From Chiloscyllium plagiosum (taxonomy: Eukaryota): 64,000 nucleotides of DNA. The stretch covers positions 66,898,179-66,962,178 of the forward strand of contig NC_057718.1 in NCBI RefSeq assembly GCF_004010195.1, in the 5' to 3' direction. Below, one piece after another: positions 51,601 to 62,632 of this stretch (its first letter is position 1; each line of letters starts with the position of its first letter). The position numbers were made by a program, and so were the translations under genes. A model generated the notes under the pieces. It had not been told where the DNA came from and ran no database searches. It saw only the letters and a list, made by a program, of their open reading frames with translations.

Positions 51601-52008
51601 CTTCTTTACCACCCTATCTATTTGATTTAGGTCTTGGTGGGTGTGGTTGAGTATGAATCCATGGATTAGACGCTTCATTATGAAGGAAGATTGATAGATT
51701 TGAGACTGTTTTCCTTGGATAGGAGAAGGCTCTAGGGGAGTTTACAGAACTTTTCAAAATCATGATTGTAAATGTCTCACAAATTAGAAGGCACACTTTA
51801 AAAGTGTTTTTCAAAAGAACATATGTGAGGTAAATAAGAAAGAACCTTTTTCACACAGTGAGCAGTTGGCATATGGAATGCATTACCTGGAAGTGTGATG
51901 GAGGTATATTCATTTGAGGCATTGAAGAAGGCATTGGGTGATTACATAAATAGATATATTGTACAACTAAACGTGGAAAAGGCAGGAGATTGGCACTTTC
52001 TTTATTCA

Positions 52009-52103
52009 GGTGAAAGTGAGGTCTGCAGATGCTGGAGATCAGAGCTGAAAATGTGTCAGGCAGCATCCAGGGAACAGGAGAATCGACGTTTCGGGCATAA
52101 GCC
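52009..52103 (-). mobile_element. Truncated pLTR-only insert
   Basis: Same terminus gaaagtgaggtctgcagatgctgg. 13 bp TSD ctttctttattca at 51996-52008 and 52104-52116. Confidence 0.8.
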
Positions 52104-53069
52104 CTTTCTTTATTCATTCAAGGGATGTGGACATCATTGGCTATTCCAGCATTTATTGCCCATCCCTAAAGCCATGGAAAACACGATGGTGAGCTGCCCT
52201 CTTTTACCTCTCCAATCCTTAGAACACGCACAATGCTGTGGGAAAGAGAGTTTCAAGATTTTCAATGAAGGAACAGTAATATGTTTCCAAAACAGCATGT
52301 TATTTGACTTGTTCAGAAAGCTGATGCAGGCATGATGGGCTAAATGACCTCCTTCTGGTCAATAACAATTTTACAATGCTGTGACCACTTCAGGGCATGG
52401 GGAATCATTTAAGCCTAACTGTAAGGGGAGCATTTGTAACTACTTAGAGAGGTTGGGATCTTATCTTATTTTGTGTGTTAGACCCTGCATCCAGGGATGT
52501 GATAGTGTATTACAGAACAAATCTTCCGGTTTGCCTCCAATGTAGGAAAAATCAGCCAGTCCTTTTATGAAATCTCCAATTCTTTGTAATCTACTGACTG
52601 TCAAGGACTCAATGGCGGCAGCTAATGCATTTCTAGCAGAATCAATTTTGCACTTCCTCCTTCATTACGATACAATGCTTTAGAAGCAACCATTCACTGT
52701 ATGGTTCTCTGCTTGCCATAACACTCCTGTAGTACTATAGTGACCTGAATTATTTTTCTTCATTGATAACTGCAGGATGATGTTCATATGTGTATGCTGA
52801 GCGTGCCTAATATCAATTGATAATTCAAAGAAAGCTCTGTTGTTTATCAATCCCTTCCCAATCCAAGGAATACATTAGGTAGATTGACTGTCTACTATAA
52901 TAAGTGTTCTTCCAGTCCTGCTTTCTGTATTTAACCCTCTAACTTGTGAATGATGTTGCCCTTGATGACTGTTCCTCAGCTTTACTGTAGAACTTCTCTG
53001 AGTTTCAAGTAATTGTGGGAATTTGGGGACGTGGGATGGTGGTGCCATTTGGAGAGAGATTAATTCCTT

Positions 53070-53513
53070 CTTAGTTCATCCTGCAAGTGTCGCTAGTCCA
53101 CACAGTATGGCAAAGTTATTTATGCCTAAATTGTATTCCATAACTACCATCTTTATTATTCCCTGCCATAGCCACATCTCAGACTGAACGTAACTAAGTT
53201 GTCCTAATTGGACCTGAGATGAGTTTCCAAACCCACATTTTCTCCATCATCACACATACTTGCTTCTTTCTTGTAAATATTGACTATGTTCCTTAGTTCA
53301 TCCTGCAAGTGTCTCTAGTCCACAGAGTATGGCAAAGTTATTCATGCCTAAATTGTATTCCATAACTACCATCTTTATTATTCCCTGCCATAGCCACATC
53401 TCAGGCTGAACGTAACTAAGTTGTCCTAATTGGACCTGAGATGAGTTTCCAAACCCACATTTTCTCCATCATCACACATACTTGCTTCTTTCTTGTAAAT
53501 ATTGACTATGTTC
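53070..53513. repeat. Tandem duplication, 2 x 222 bp
   Basis: 53070-53291 is repeated at 53292-53513; four substitutions seen by eye. Confidence 0.93.
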
Positions 53514-53519
53514 CTCCCT

Positions 53520-54180
53520 CATGCCTTAAAAATATTTAATGACTCTGCTTCTATTCCTTCCTGGGAAGAGATTTCTTCAGAATTATGACATTTGGAAAAA
53601 TATCCTGATGTTCTTAAAGGAAGACACCTTATTTTTAAACATTGTCTCCTACGTCTAATTTGCCCACAAAAGGAAGCATCCTTTTAGCATCAACCCTATT
53701 AAATCTCCCCAGGGTTTATATGCTTCAACAAGACTACCTCCCATTCTTCTAAACTCCAATGGATACAGGCACCAACCTGTCCAACCTTTCTTCATAGGAT
53801 AACTCCCTCATCCCAGGAATCAATTGAGTGAAACAGTTCTGAACTGCATCTAAAGCAGCTATGTCCTTTCTTAAATAAGCAGATCATAATTGTGCACTGC
53901 AGTGTAGATGTGGTCTCATCAATATCTGTTACAACTGTAGCAAAACATCCCTTCTCTTTGTTCCATTCCCCTTGCAATAAATGCCAATATTTCATTTGCC
54001 TTCCTAATCATTTGCTGTACTTGGATACAACTTTTATAATCATTCATGTACATGGACACATAGGACTCTCTGAATCCTGTGATCTCTCGCTACTGAAATG
54101 ATTGACATGACGAATAAAAAAGCAGCCCAAGTAGGCAAGTTTATCTTTCCCACTTTGTATTCCATTCTCCAAATTATTTT
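53520..54180 (-). mobile_element. Old CR1 LINE 3' end
   Basis: Decayed reverse-complement CR1 C-terminal motifs. Confidence 0.7.
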
Positions 54181-54529
54181 ACCAACTTAATTTAAAATTT
54201 TAAAATTGTCATCCTTATGTTCAAAATTGTTCCATCTCTTAATTTACTTCATCTTTACAAACCTCAAGATCTTTGAGCTCCCCCATTTCTGGATTGTTAC
54301 ACATTCCCAATTTCCTGTGTGCTCATATCTTCAGGTTTAGGTGTTTAGCTTTTAGGTGTAAACTCTGGAATTCTTACCTTAAACTACAACACCTCTCCAC
54401 CTTATCTCCTATAATCTGCTACTTTGAACCACCTTCAACATTTAACACCTGCCCTAATATATCTATGTGGTCCTGTGAGAGTAGTTGTCAGTCATTGTTT
54501 CTGTAAAGTATTTTCAGACCTTCTATTTT

Positions 54530-55005
54530 TTTTCTTCTGTTTTTTTAATAAACCCCCACATTACTGCCAAACAGTGACAGTGCTTATTTTTCCCCAGCAG
54601 CTACATCATGTATGTGCAGGTGTAGGACACAGTGAAAAAAACGAGTGCAGTAAAACTTTATTCATATTCCACCACTAGGAAGAAAAGAAACACATGAATG
54701 GCCAGTGACAAGCAGTGCCCTTCTTGTCGAAGGGCAATGCCTAAGTGATCAAAAATGTGAAGGGGAGGACAGAATTCAAATCAAAATAGAATTGGAGATG
54801 GAAATAAAACACTCCACATCCTGCAATGCCTGCCTCCCCCTGAAAAGCTTGAGGGTTTTGGTAGACACTGCGTGCTCCTTCTCCAGGGACACCTGGGCCC
54901 GAATGTAACCGCGAAAGAGGGGCAGACAATCAGCCATAACAACCATCTCCACAGCCCGCTGCCTGGATCTGATAATGACCAGCTTGGCCAGGCCCAGGAG
55001 CAGTT
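54530..55005 (-). mobile_element. Tx1/L1-clade LINE 3' end
   Basis: Minus strand reads LLLGLAKLVIIRSRQRAVEMVVMADCLPLFRGYIRAQVSLEKEHAVS, like the Tx1 ORF2 C-terminus, then a 3' UTR and A-rich tail. Confidence 0.7.
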
Positions 55006-55225
55006 TTCAAACCTTCTATTATGTTAACATCATTATATGAATGAAATTTATTGTTAATTAGAAGTGACTTCATACACTACCAAGTTATATAGACACATCA
55101 TTTTCAAGCCAACAATGGATTGACAATAAAAACAGCTATCCCAGTGCCACCTCCATCCTGAGACCAAACAAAAAAAAACATTGTTTGACAGGAGATTACA
55201 TAATTGTTTTTATTGTGTGCTCTAG

Positions 55226-55463
55226 GAAGTAATCCATCATAACTGCAGCAGTCTAGTAGCCAACGCTCCCTTTTTCAAGGATTGTGATCAGAACTTCATG
55301 ATTGCATTGCTCAGTAAACTGAAATTTCACATTGCTCAAAGTGGTGAGGTCCTCTTCCATGAAGGTGCAGTTGGGAACTATATGTTATTTATTGAGAGAG
55401 GTACAATGCTTATGGAGAGACATAACATTTCAAAGAAGTTGACTGACGGAGCATTCTTGGGAG
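55226..55463 (+). CDS. HCN-like channel, exon encoding end of C-linker and N-terminal half of CNBD
   Basis: CTCTAG acceptor, G|GTAGGT donor, 238 nt, phase 0/1. Translates EVIHHNCSSLVANAPFFKDCDQNFMIALLSKLKFHIAQSGEVLFHEGAVGNYMLFIERGTMLMERHNISKKLTDGAFLG, matching HCN [59 protein letters not shown]...KLTDGSYFG. Confidence 0.94.
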
Positions 55464-57199
55464 GTAGGTGAGAAAAAGTATTTTTTTACTATACTGGAAG
55501 CGTGTGACTTCATTTGTAATGATTGAAAATTAATTGCAAGCAAAGTAAACCTAATTACTTAGCTCTGGTATATATTAAGTCTTTGTCTGATTTCTTGATT
55601 CTATATGATCATTCGTAGTGGATGTTTAATGAATTTGCTGTGAAGTGTAGAAGGGGGAATGTGCATATATTATCTCAAACATTTTACTTTTCCAAAATTA
55701 ATATGATTAGAATGACCCACATTATTCACGTAGTATGCTTCATGTTGGTATATATTTTTATTTTATCATAAATGATAATGAAAAATTCTAATTCATAAAC
55801 TTATTTCAAAATTTCTTCCTAAATTCACCAATATTCAGCTGGAAGTGATTATCATAAGTTAAATAACTGACAACCTTAAAAGCACTGATATGCAACTAAC
55901 AAAGGTAGAGGAAAATCATCTACGAGCTTCTAAATTACTATTTTTGTGAATAAATTTACTTTTGCTGCCATAACTTTTATAGAACTTCATCTGAAATCGT
56001 ATTTTATCAATATTGCTTTTTCTATTATTATAATTAAAATAGTAATTTGTTTATTTTAAAGTCATCGTGTAACATTTTATCCCAGCTCATGTAGTTTTTT
56101 GTAAAATTTAGTATTTGGTGTGTAAGTTTCATAGCAGATACCGATATACCTTTAAGGGAATCACTTGTGATGTCATCACCATATCATGGCATGGGATCTA
56201 ATGGTACTACGTTCCCAGTCAGAGCTTTGGGATAGTGCATTGGTAGTGTGCCTACCTCTGAGCTAGGAGGTCGTTTCAGAGGTGTGTCTGCAAGCAGATT
56301 GGTTAGAAAATATCTATGAAGTTCTCATTCTCTGTCTTACTGAGCTGTGTCCTTGTGCAGCATAACACGTTGAGGGAAGTTTACTATAATACATCTGAAT
56401 TGCTTACTTGAACCCAGACACCCAAGTATCTGTGATTGTAGTGTACTTACAAAGATAGCAGGTGCTGTATAAAAGTTAATTGAATTCTTCAGTACTCCAT
56501 AAACAGTATCTCATTCATAAGTTAAAGGAGCTAATACAAGTAGCCCATAATGATAATTGAGAGACTACGTAATGTCTTGCCACATCATCATGGCAACATA
56601 ATAATAAGCACCAGTAACTGGTTTTAAAGAATCTCACTGAAGATTACACAGGCTTGGAATGTAAAGCATTCAAACGACAAACACCAAGCCTACGTATGTA
56701 CATATCTCCAACTTAATATCTTAACAGAAGTTAAGGTACAGCCATTAAAATACTACTTATTAAGTTTAAAGAGAAATTGACAGCTAAAAGACTTTCTGCA
56801 GGCTCAAAACCAACATTGGCAGTAAAAATATATTTTTTGTTTAACTCCAGAGCCCTCCTGTTTGAAATGTGATTTTATACTCTGAAGAAACCTATTTGTG
56901 TGCAGTGGTCAGTTGGTTCTGCTATTTTGTTTCCTTAAATTTGGTGCCAAAGCTGGTGTTATGTCATTACTCCTTAATTGGTGCAAACTCCTGCTAGTGG
57001 CTGAATCTCCTTTATCTTTTAAAGGCATGGGTTCATACTCAGCAAGACCTCTTAAAGGATTACAATACTGAAACTTAAATAAAATAGAAATAAAAGAAAG
57101 ATAAAACAAAAGGAAAGAAAAATGAACCAAGTTAAAGAAAGGAATGTGTCCTGCCTTCTACTTAATAAATAAAAGTCATAGATCTTCAATAAGAGAAAG

Positions 57200-57737
57200 C
57201 CACTTTTGGAATATTATGTACAATTCTGATCTTCCTCCTTTCGGAAGGATGTTGTGAAATTTGAAAGGGTTCAGAAAAAAATTACAAGGATGTTGCCAGG
57301 GTTGTAACAGGGAGAGGCTGAATAGGCTGGGGCTGTTTTCCCTGGAGCGTCAGAGGCTGAGGGGTGACCTTAGAGAGACTTATAAAATCATGAGGGGCAT
57401 GGATGGAGTGAATAGACAAGGTGTTTTCCTTGGGGTGGGGGAGTACAGAACTAGAGGGCATTAGTTTAGGGTTAGAGAGCAAAGGTTTAAAACAGACGTA
57501 AAATGCATTGTTTTCTCACAAAGAGTGGTGCATGTACGGAATAAGCTGCCAGAGGAAATGGTGGAGGCTAGTACAATTGCAACATTTAAAAGGCATCTGG
57601 ATGGGTATATGAATAGGAAGGGTTTGGAGGGATATGAGCCAAGTGCTGGCAAATGAGACTAGATTAGGTTAGGATATCTGGTTGGCATGGATGAGTTGGA
57701 CCGAAGGGTCTGTCTCTGTGCTGTACGTCTCTATGAC
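57200..57737 (+). mobile_element. CR1 LINE 3' end
   Basis: RERLNRLGLFSLERQRLRGDL..YKIMRG..TRGH. Confidence 0.9.
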
Positions 57738-58269
57738 ACTTAGAAATGGAAGGCAAATACTTGATTATGAGTTGGCAGCAAGTGGCAACTTTACTGAGTT
57801 CCAGCAACTTAAGCAACATACAAAACTTTACTTCGCGGATCAGCCATAAGATATTCTGAGAGAAGATCTCAGAAAATGTTATTTTCTATTGACAAGGAAG
57901 TGTTCTGCAAAATAAATGTATCCAAATAATAAAAAAAAGTCCAGAGAAAACCTGGAAAGTACTTGAGGTCCAGCTCAAGATGTGAATCAACATTCAGTTT
58001 AAAAGACGCCTGTTCATGTTATACAGATAGAACCCCAAATGTTTATTGATGACTTTCTTGCCAGATGCCACAGCAAAGGGCATAATTTCTGCTTATTTGG
58101 AGGCTAGAGACAACATGGAAAGCAAGGTAGCAAGAAAAGAGTAGGTTTGAAGAGCTGAGCGAATGTTGCAAACATCTGATGGTAGAGTTGTTCACTCAAA
58201 TTGGATATTTTTGCACCACCATTGATGATAAATCACACTGAAATGTTCACAATCTCACTAAGCAATACT

Positions 58270-58480
58270 AGAGTTATACAGCATGGAAATAGACCCTTTG
58301 GCCCAACTCAGCTGTGCTGACCAGATATCCTAAACTGATCTAAACCCATTTTCCTGCATTTGGCCCACTTTCCTCTAAGCCCTTCCTATTCATGTACCCA
58401 TCCAGATACCTTTTAAATGTTGTAATTGTACCTGTCTCCACCACCTCTGCTGGCAGGTCATTCCATACACACACCATCTT
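58270..58480 (-). mobile_element. CR1 LINE extreme 3' end
   Basis: Reverse complement of the tail seen at 49290-49510. Confidence 0.8.
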
Positions 58481-61054
58481 CTGCATGACCAAAAACTACT
58501 GCTTGTTATGGGCATACACATGCTGTACCTCGCTCTCAGGAAAAGATTCCTCCATGCAAATCCAGTGACACCCTCTTCTTTAACAACTTGTGTATGTTTG
58601 CAAACTGGTTTCACTTTAAATATGAATTACATTTTGTACCTCAAGCTCGGCATGACATTGTGAACCAATGAGCAGTTGTACAGTTAATGCGTAATTTGGA
58701 AGTTATGTGTCAGTGATGGGGCATGAGTTGGTGAGACTGCTGGGGTCCCTTTGTCTGTAACGGTAGCGGATGAGCTGGTTGGGCATGTTTCTGCAATCCT
58801 GAGTCTAATTATGTATCTCTATTTGAATCAGCCATAGTAAATTGAATTTGGTTTGCCAAGGTTATAGTTTTTTCAAGGTTAAATCATACTTCTCCATGTG
58901 GAGAAGTTTCCAATTTGTACAGTTGAAATCTTTTTGATTCATTGGTTGCAAAATTAGTTTGTTGGCTTGTGCCCTAAATTTACACATAGATGCCAATATC
59001 TGCATGTTGTTCAATGGATTCCTCATTTCCTGGGTATCTCTGGCAGAATGTTTTTATTTTGCTCATATTTTGACCAAATGTTTTTTAAAGTACTCGCTGC
59101 AATTTCAAATATAAATGGGTCTATTGCAAGCTGCTTGACTATTTGCTGGCCTTCTCCGAATGTATCAGTAACATCTTTTCATGGATTGTCGCTGCATCCA
59201 AACTGTGAGCAGGTAAATCTTTAATCTTGAAATCCATTCATCTCATATTATGGGTGCATCTCGCTGAGGAAAGAAATTCTGCAATGGTAGGTAAAGTTAA
59301 ACTTTTCTCAACCGATTTTCTGTTTTTTGTTGCCAATTTTGTTGTGCACTTTCAGTTTGTTGTATATTGTATATATTCCAAGTAAGGTAGAGAAGCGGCT
59401 ACTTGCTAAGTGAGAAACAGAATTGACAGAAGAATGAAAGATGATCTTCTTGAAATGTGTTGATCTTGGCAGGTGAATATCCAGTTGAGGTTTCCACTTT
59501 TCAGAGAGATTAAAATCAGGAGGCATAGTTTAAGAATAAGTTTGCTCCCTTTCAAGACAGAGATGAAGAGCATTTTTTCAAGATCATTCTTCGATCTCAA
59601 AGGTAGTGGAGACTGAGTTCTTAATTGTATCCAAAACTGAGTCAAATAAAATTTTGCTAGAAAGAGGAACAAACAAACAAATAAGACCAGAACCAGAACA
59701 GCCATTATCTTATCGAATAGTGTAGCAAATTTGAAGGGCCAAATAATTTATCCCTGCTCAAATCCAATATCCCTAACAGGTTTATTTCTGGTGCTTTTAA
59801 AAATCTCTGCAATCATAAAATGTCATCCTTATCCCATCTGAGCTTTTATTAATTTGTAGCTCTAAGATTTGCTTTAGCACTAAATCCATATCTAGTTTCA
59901 ATCAATAAAGTATAGTCAGCATAGATTAATTATCAGCCTAACATAATGAAATAACTTCACAGAGGCTGGTATCCCATCACCAAGTCACTATTTACTTATA
60001 CTTGAAGAGTCCTTCATACTGATCCAGCTCCCTCAGAGCCATCTGTCAGAGTGAACAGAACCTCTGATACTCCTGTACATATCTGGCCTTCCTGAATGGA
60101 CCAGAATAACAGCCCCACTCAGGGAACTCATATTCTATGATGTCCCCCAGCTGACCTCATTAAAATCGCTACACAAAATTTTAACATAAAACAAATAAGC
60201 ACCACAACCAGAATGGCAAAGCTGGTGTGAATCTACATATGCATGGAACACATCCAAATCTAATTCATTACTACCTTTTTGATTGTTCCACTGCCTGTGA
60301 TTTAACACACGTTATCCAAAATCCAGTTTGGGTTCGGGTTGCTATATATATGTAGTTGTTGATAATACTCTACAAGCAATGTTGTCAGACAGATGGTCCA
60401 GATTGTTCGGTTGTTCAGCAGAATGATTCCTCTTCATGTGCCAAAACCCATTACTTCTCATTCATACTTTGTGTGTTATCAGGTGTATTCAATTTGTTTC
60501 ACCTTCTTACTTTCATCATGCCACTGTTTCTGATTTGGAAAGATGTTTACTTACATTTTACTATACGATAATATCACATCATTTTTACTGCTGGTAAATA
60601 CTGTTATTCCTCATTTTTCATGTCAGCTCTATATAGGGCAGGCAGATAATTACATCAATCATGGTGCATCTCAGATTTGTTGCCAGTACTGAAATAGCAG
60701 CATGCTTCAGGCTACACTCTTCCTTACAGCTTAGCATAATGGACTGAATCTTAGTTTTTTGGCTAAGTTCAAGTTACATTGATTTTTTGAAAGGTTTGCA
60801 TCATGAGGCCTGTCAAATTTGATCACTATATCACCAAAATCCCTGCATTAATTATCTATCTCATCTCTATGGCATTGGTCACATCTGATTCTGGCACTAT
60901 CTTACCACATATTGTTCCTGAAACAATTTGCCATTCAACAGATATCAGCTGAAGACCAGCTTCATGTATGTTTGGCCAGCTTTAAAAGCTTCTTGTAGAC
61001 TTGGTTGAGCACTGGCATTCCAAATCTGTCCTGCTCAAGGTCAAAGTTTGAAGA

Positions 61055-61295
61055 TTATGGAAAAAAGGGAAGATGGCATTGCTAATCTCTGACAGGGACT
61101 TGGATCCTGGTGGACAGCATGATATAAAGGAAAGGAGTCCTCTTCCCGGAAATCTGGAAGAGGAGACTGTGCCACCAGGCCCTGCCAGGCTGGTCTAAGG
61201 TCACCATATGGATTGTGCTCTGGCCAGAGTGCACAGAAATATCCATAATACCATAAGAAATCAATGATCTTCTCTGCATCACCAGTGTGAGTGCC
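61055..61295 (+). mobile_element. PIF/Harbinger-type Myb/SANT-like ORF relic
   Basis: Broken reading SDRDL..LVDSMI*RKGVLFP..W..V....KINDLL followed by a gtgagt donor-like site. Confidence 0.45.
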
Positions 61296-61819
61296 AGACT
61301 CTTCCCTCTGTTGTCTCACACCCACTCTATCTCTGCTGCTGCACCTACCTCCCATCAAGGCTCATGCTCTCTCACTCTGGCCACAATCAACACCTTCACT
61401 CACTTACTCTCACACCCCACAACAAAGTAGGTAATTAATGCAGGGAGTTTGGTAAGATGTAGCAAGAAGACTTGCTAGGTCCCACAGTGATAAGCCCTCT
61501 AGAAACATTTTATTGAGGGCAATTTGGTGGCATAAGTGACAATGACTTGCTTGTGAACTTTTGTATAAGTCTAAGTGCTTTAACCATAGATCTGGTTTTC
61601 TATCTTGCAATGGTAGAGAAGCTTAAGTGTCCGTTGATCCTAAGAGCAATCCTCACTGACAGTAGTATGACAGTTTCCCCCGTCATTTTCTGTGTCATCA
61701 TCGCCACCATTCTCATCCTGCCATGAGCAAGTTTTCCAGTGGTGTGGACATTGCCTACAGGATGGACAAAAAACTTTTCAATATCAACTGGTTGAAATCC
61801 AAGAAGAAAAGGCACACAA

Positions 61820-62010
61820 AATAAAGCAAAGAACTGTGGATGCTGGAGATCTGAAACAACAAAAACAGAAACTGCTGGAGAAACTCATCTGGTTAGGCTG
61901 TGTTGGTGGACAGAAAACACAGCTAATGTTTTGAGTTCTATGAACTTCTTCAGAAGTTCTGATGCTTCCAAATCTGCAGAGTTTCTCCAGCAATTTCTGT
62001 TTTTTGTTTG
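61820..62010. mobile_element. Older fold-back pLTR-type element
   Basis: aaacagaaactgctggagaaactc is inverted to gagtttctccagcaatttctgttt. Confidence 0.6.
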
Positions 62011-62079
62011 TTACTGTCAGACAAGTAGATAAATATCCAGTTTTTGTTTGTTACAGTAAAACAAGTAGATAAATACACG

Positions 62080-62632
62080 AGAGAAAGTGAGGGCTGCAGA
62101 TGCTGGAGATCAGAGCTGAAAATGTGTTGCTGGAAAAGCGCAGCAGGTCAGGCAGCATCCAAGGAACAGGAGAATCGACGTTTCGGGCATAAGTCCTTCT
62201 TCAGGAATGAGGAAAGTGTGTCCAGCAGGCTAAGATAAAAGGTAGGGAGGAGGGACTTGGGGGAGGGGCTTTGGAAATGCGATAGGTGGAGGGAGGTCAA
62301 GGTGAGGGTGATAGGCCGGAGTGGGGTGGGGGCGGAGAGGTCAGGAAGATGATTGCAGGTTAGGAAGGCGGTGCTGAGTTCGAGGGATTTGACTGAGAAA
62401 AGGTGGGGGGAGGGGAAATGAGGAAACTGGAGAAATCCGAGTTCATCCCTTGTGGTTGGAGGGTTCCCAGGCAGAAGGTGAGGCGCTCTTCCTCCAACCG
62501 TCGTGTTGCCATGGTCTGGCGATGGAGGAGTCCAAGGACCTGCATGTCCTTGGTGGAGTGGGAGGGGGAGTTAAAGTGTTGGGCTACAGGGTGGTTGGGT
62601 TGGATGAACTCGGATTTCTCCAGTTCCCTCAT
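62080..62632 (-). mobile_element. Penelope-like (Neptune-type) 3' end with pLTR
   Basis: PVAQHFNSPSHS..RRLEEERLTFCLGTLQPQGMN. Hammerhead motif at 62177-62204 (minus strand). 62602-62632 is a short inversion of 62418-62448. Confidence 0.88.

Larger units (their letters stand above)
50750..51622 (-). mobile_element. CR1 LINE 3' end with nested fold-back element
   Basis: Minus ORF ALERVQKRFTRMLPGLEG..RLRGDLIEVYKI. Confidence 0.88.

Noticed and set aside
4614..55463. Pseudogene interpretation of the divergent channel
   Set aside because: All four exons are open, splice sites and phases are intact, and structural residues are conserved or conservatively changed. It cannot be fully excluded without the other exons.
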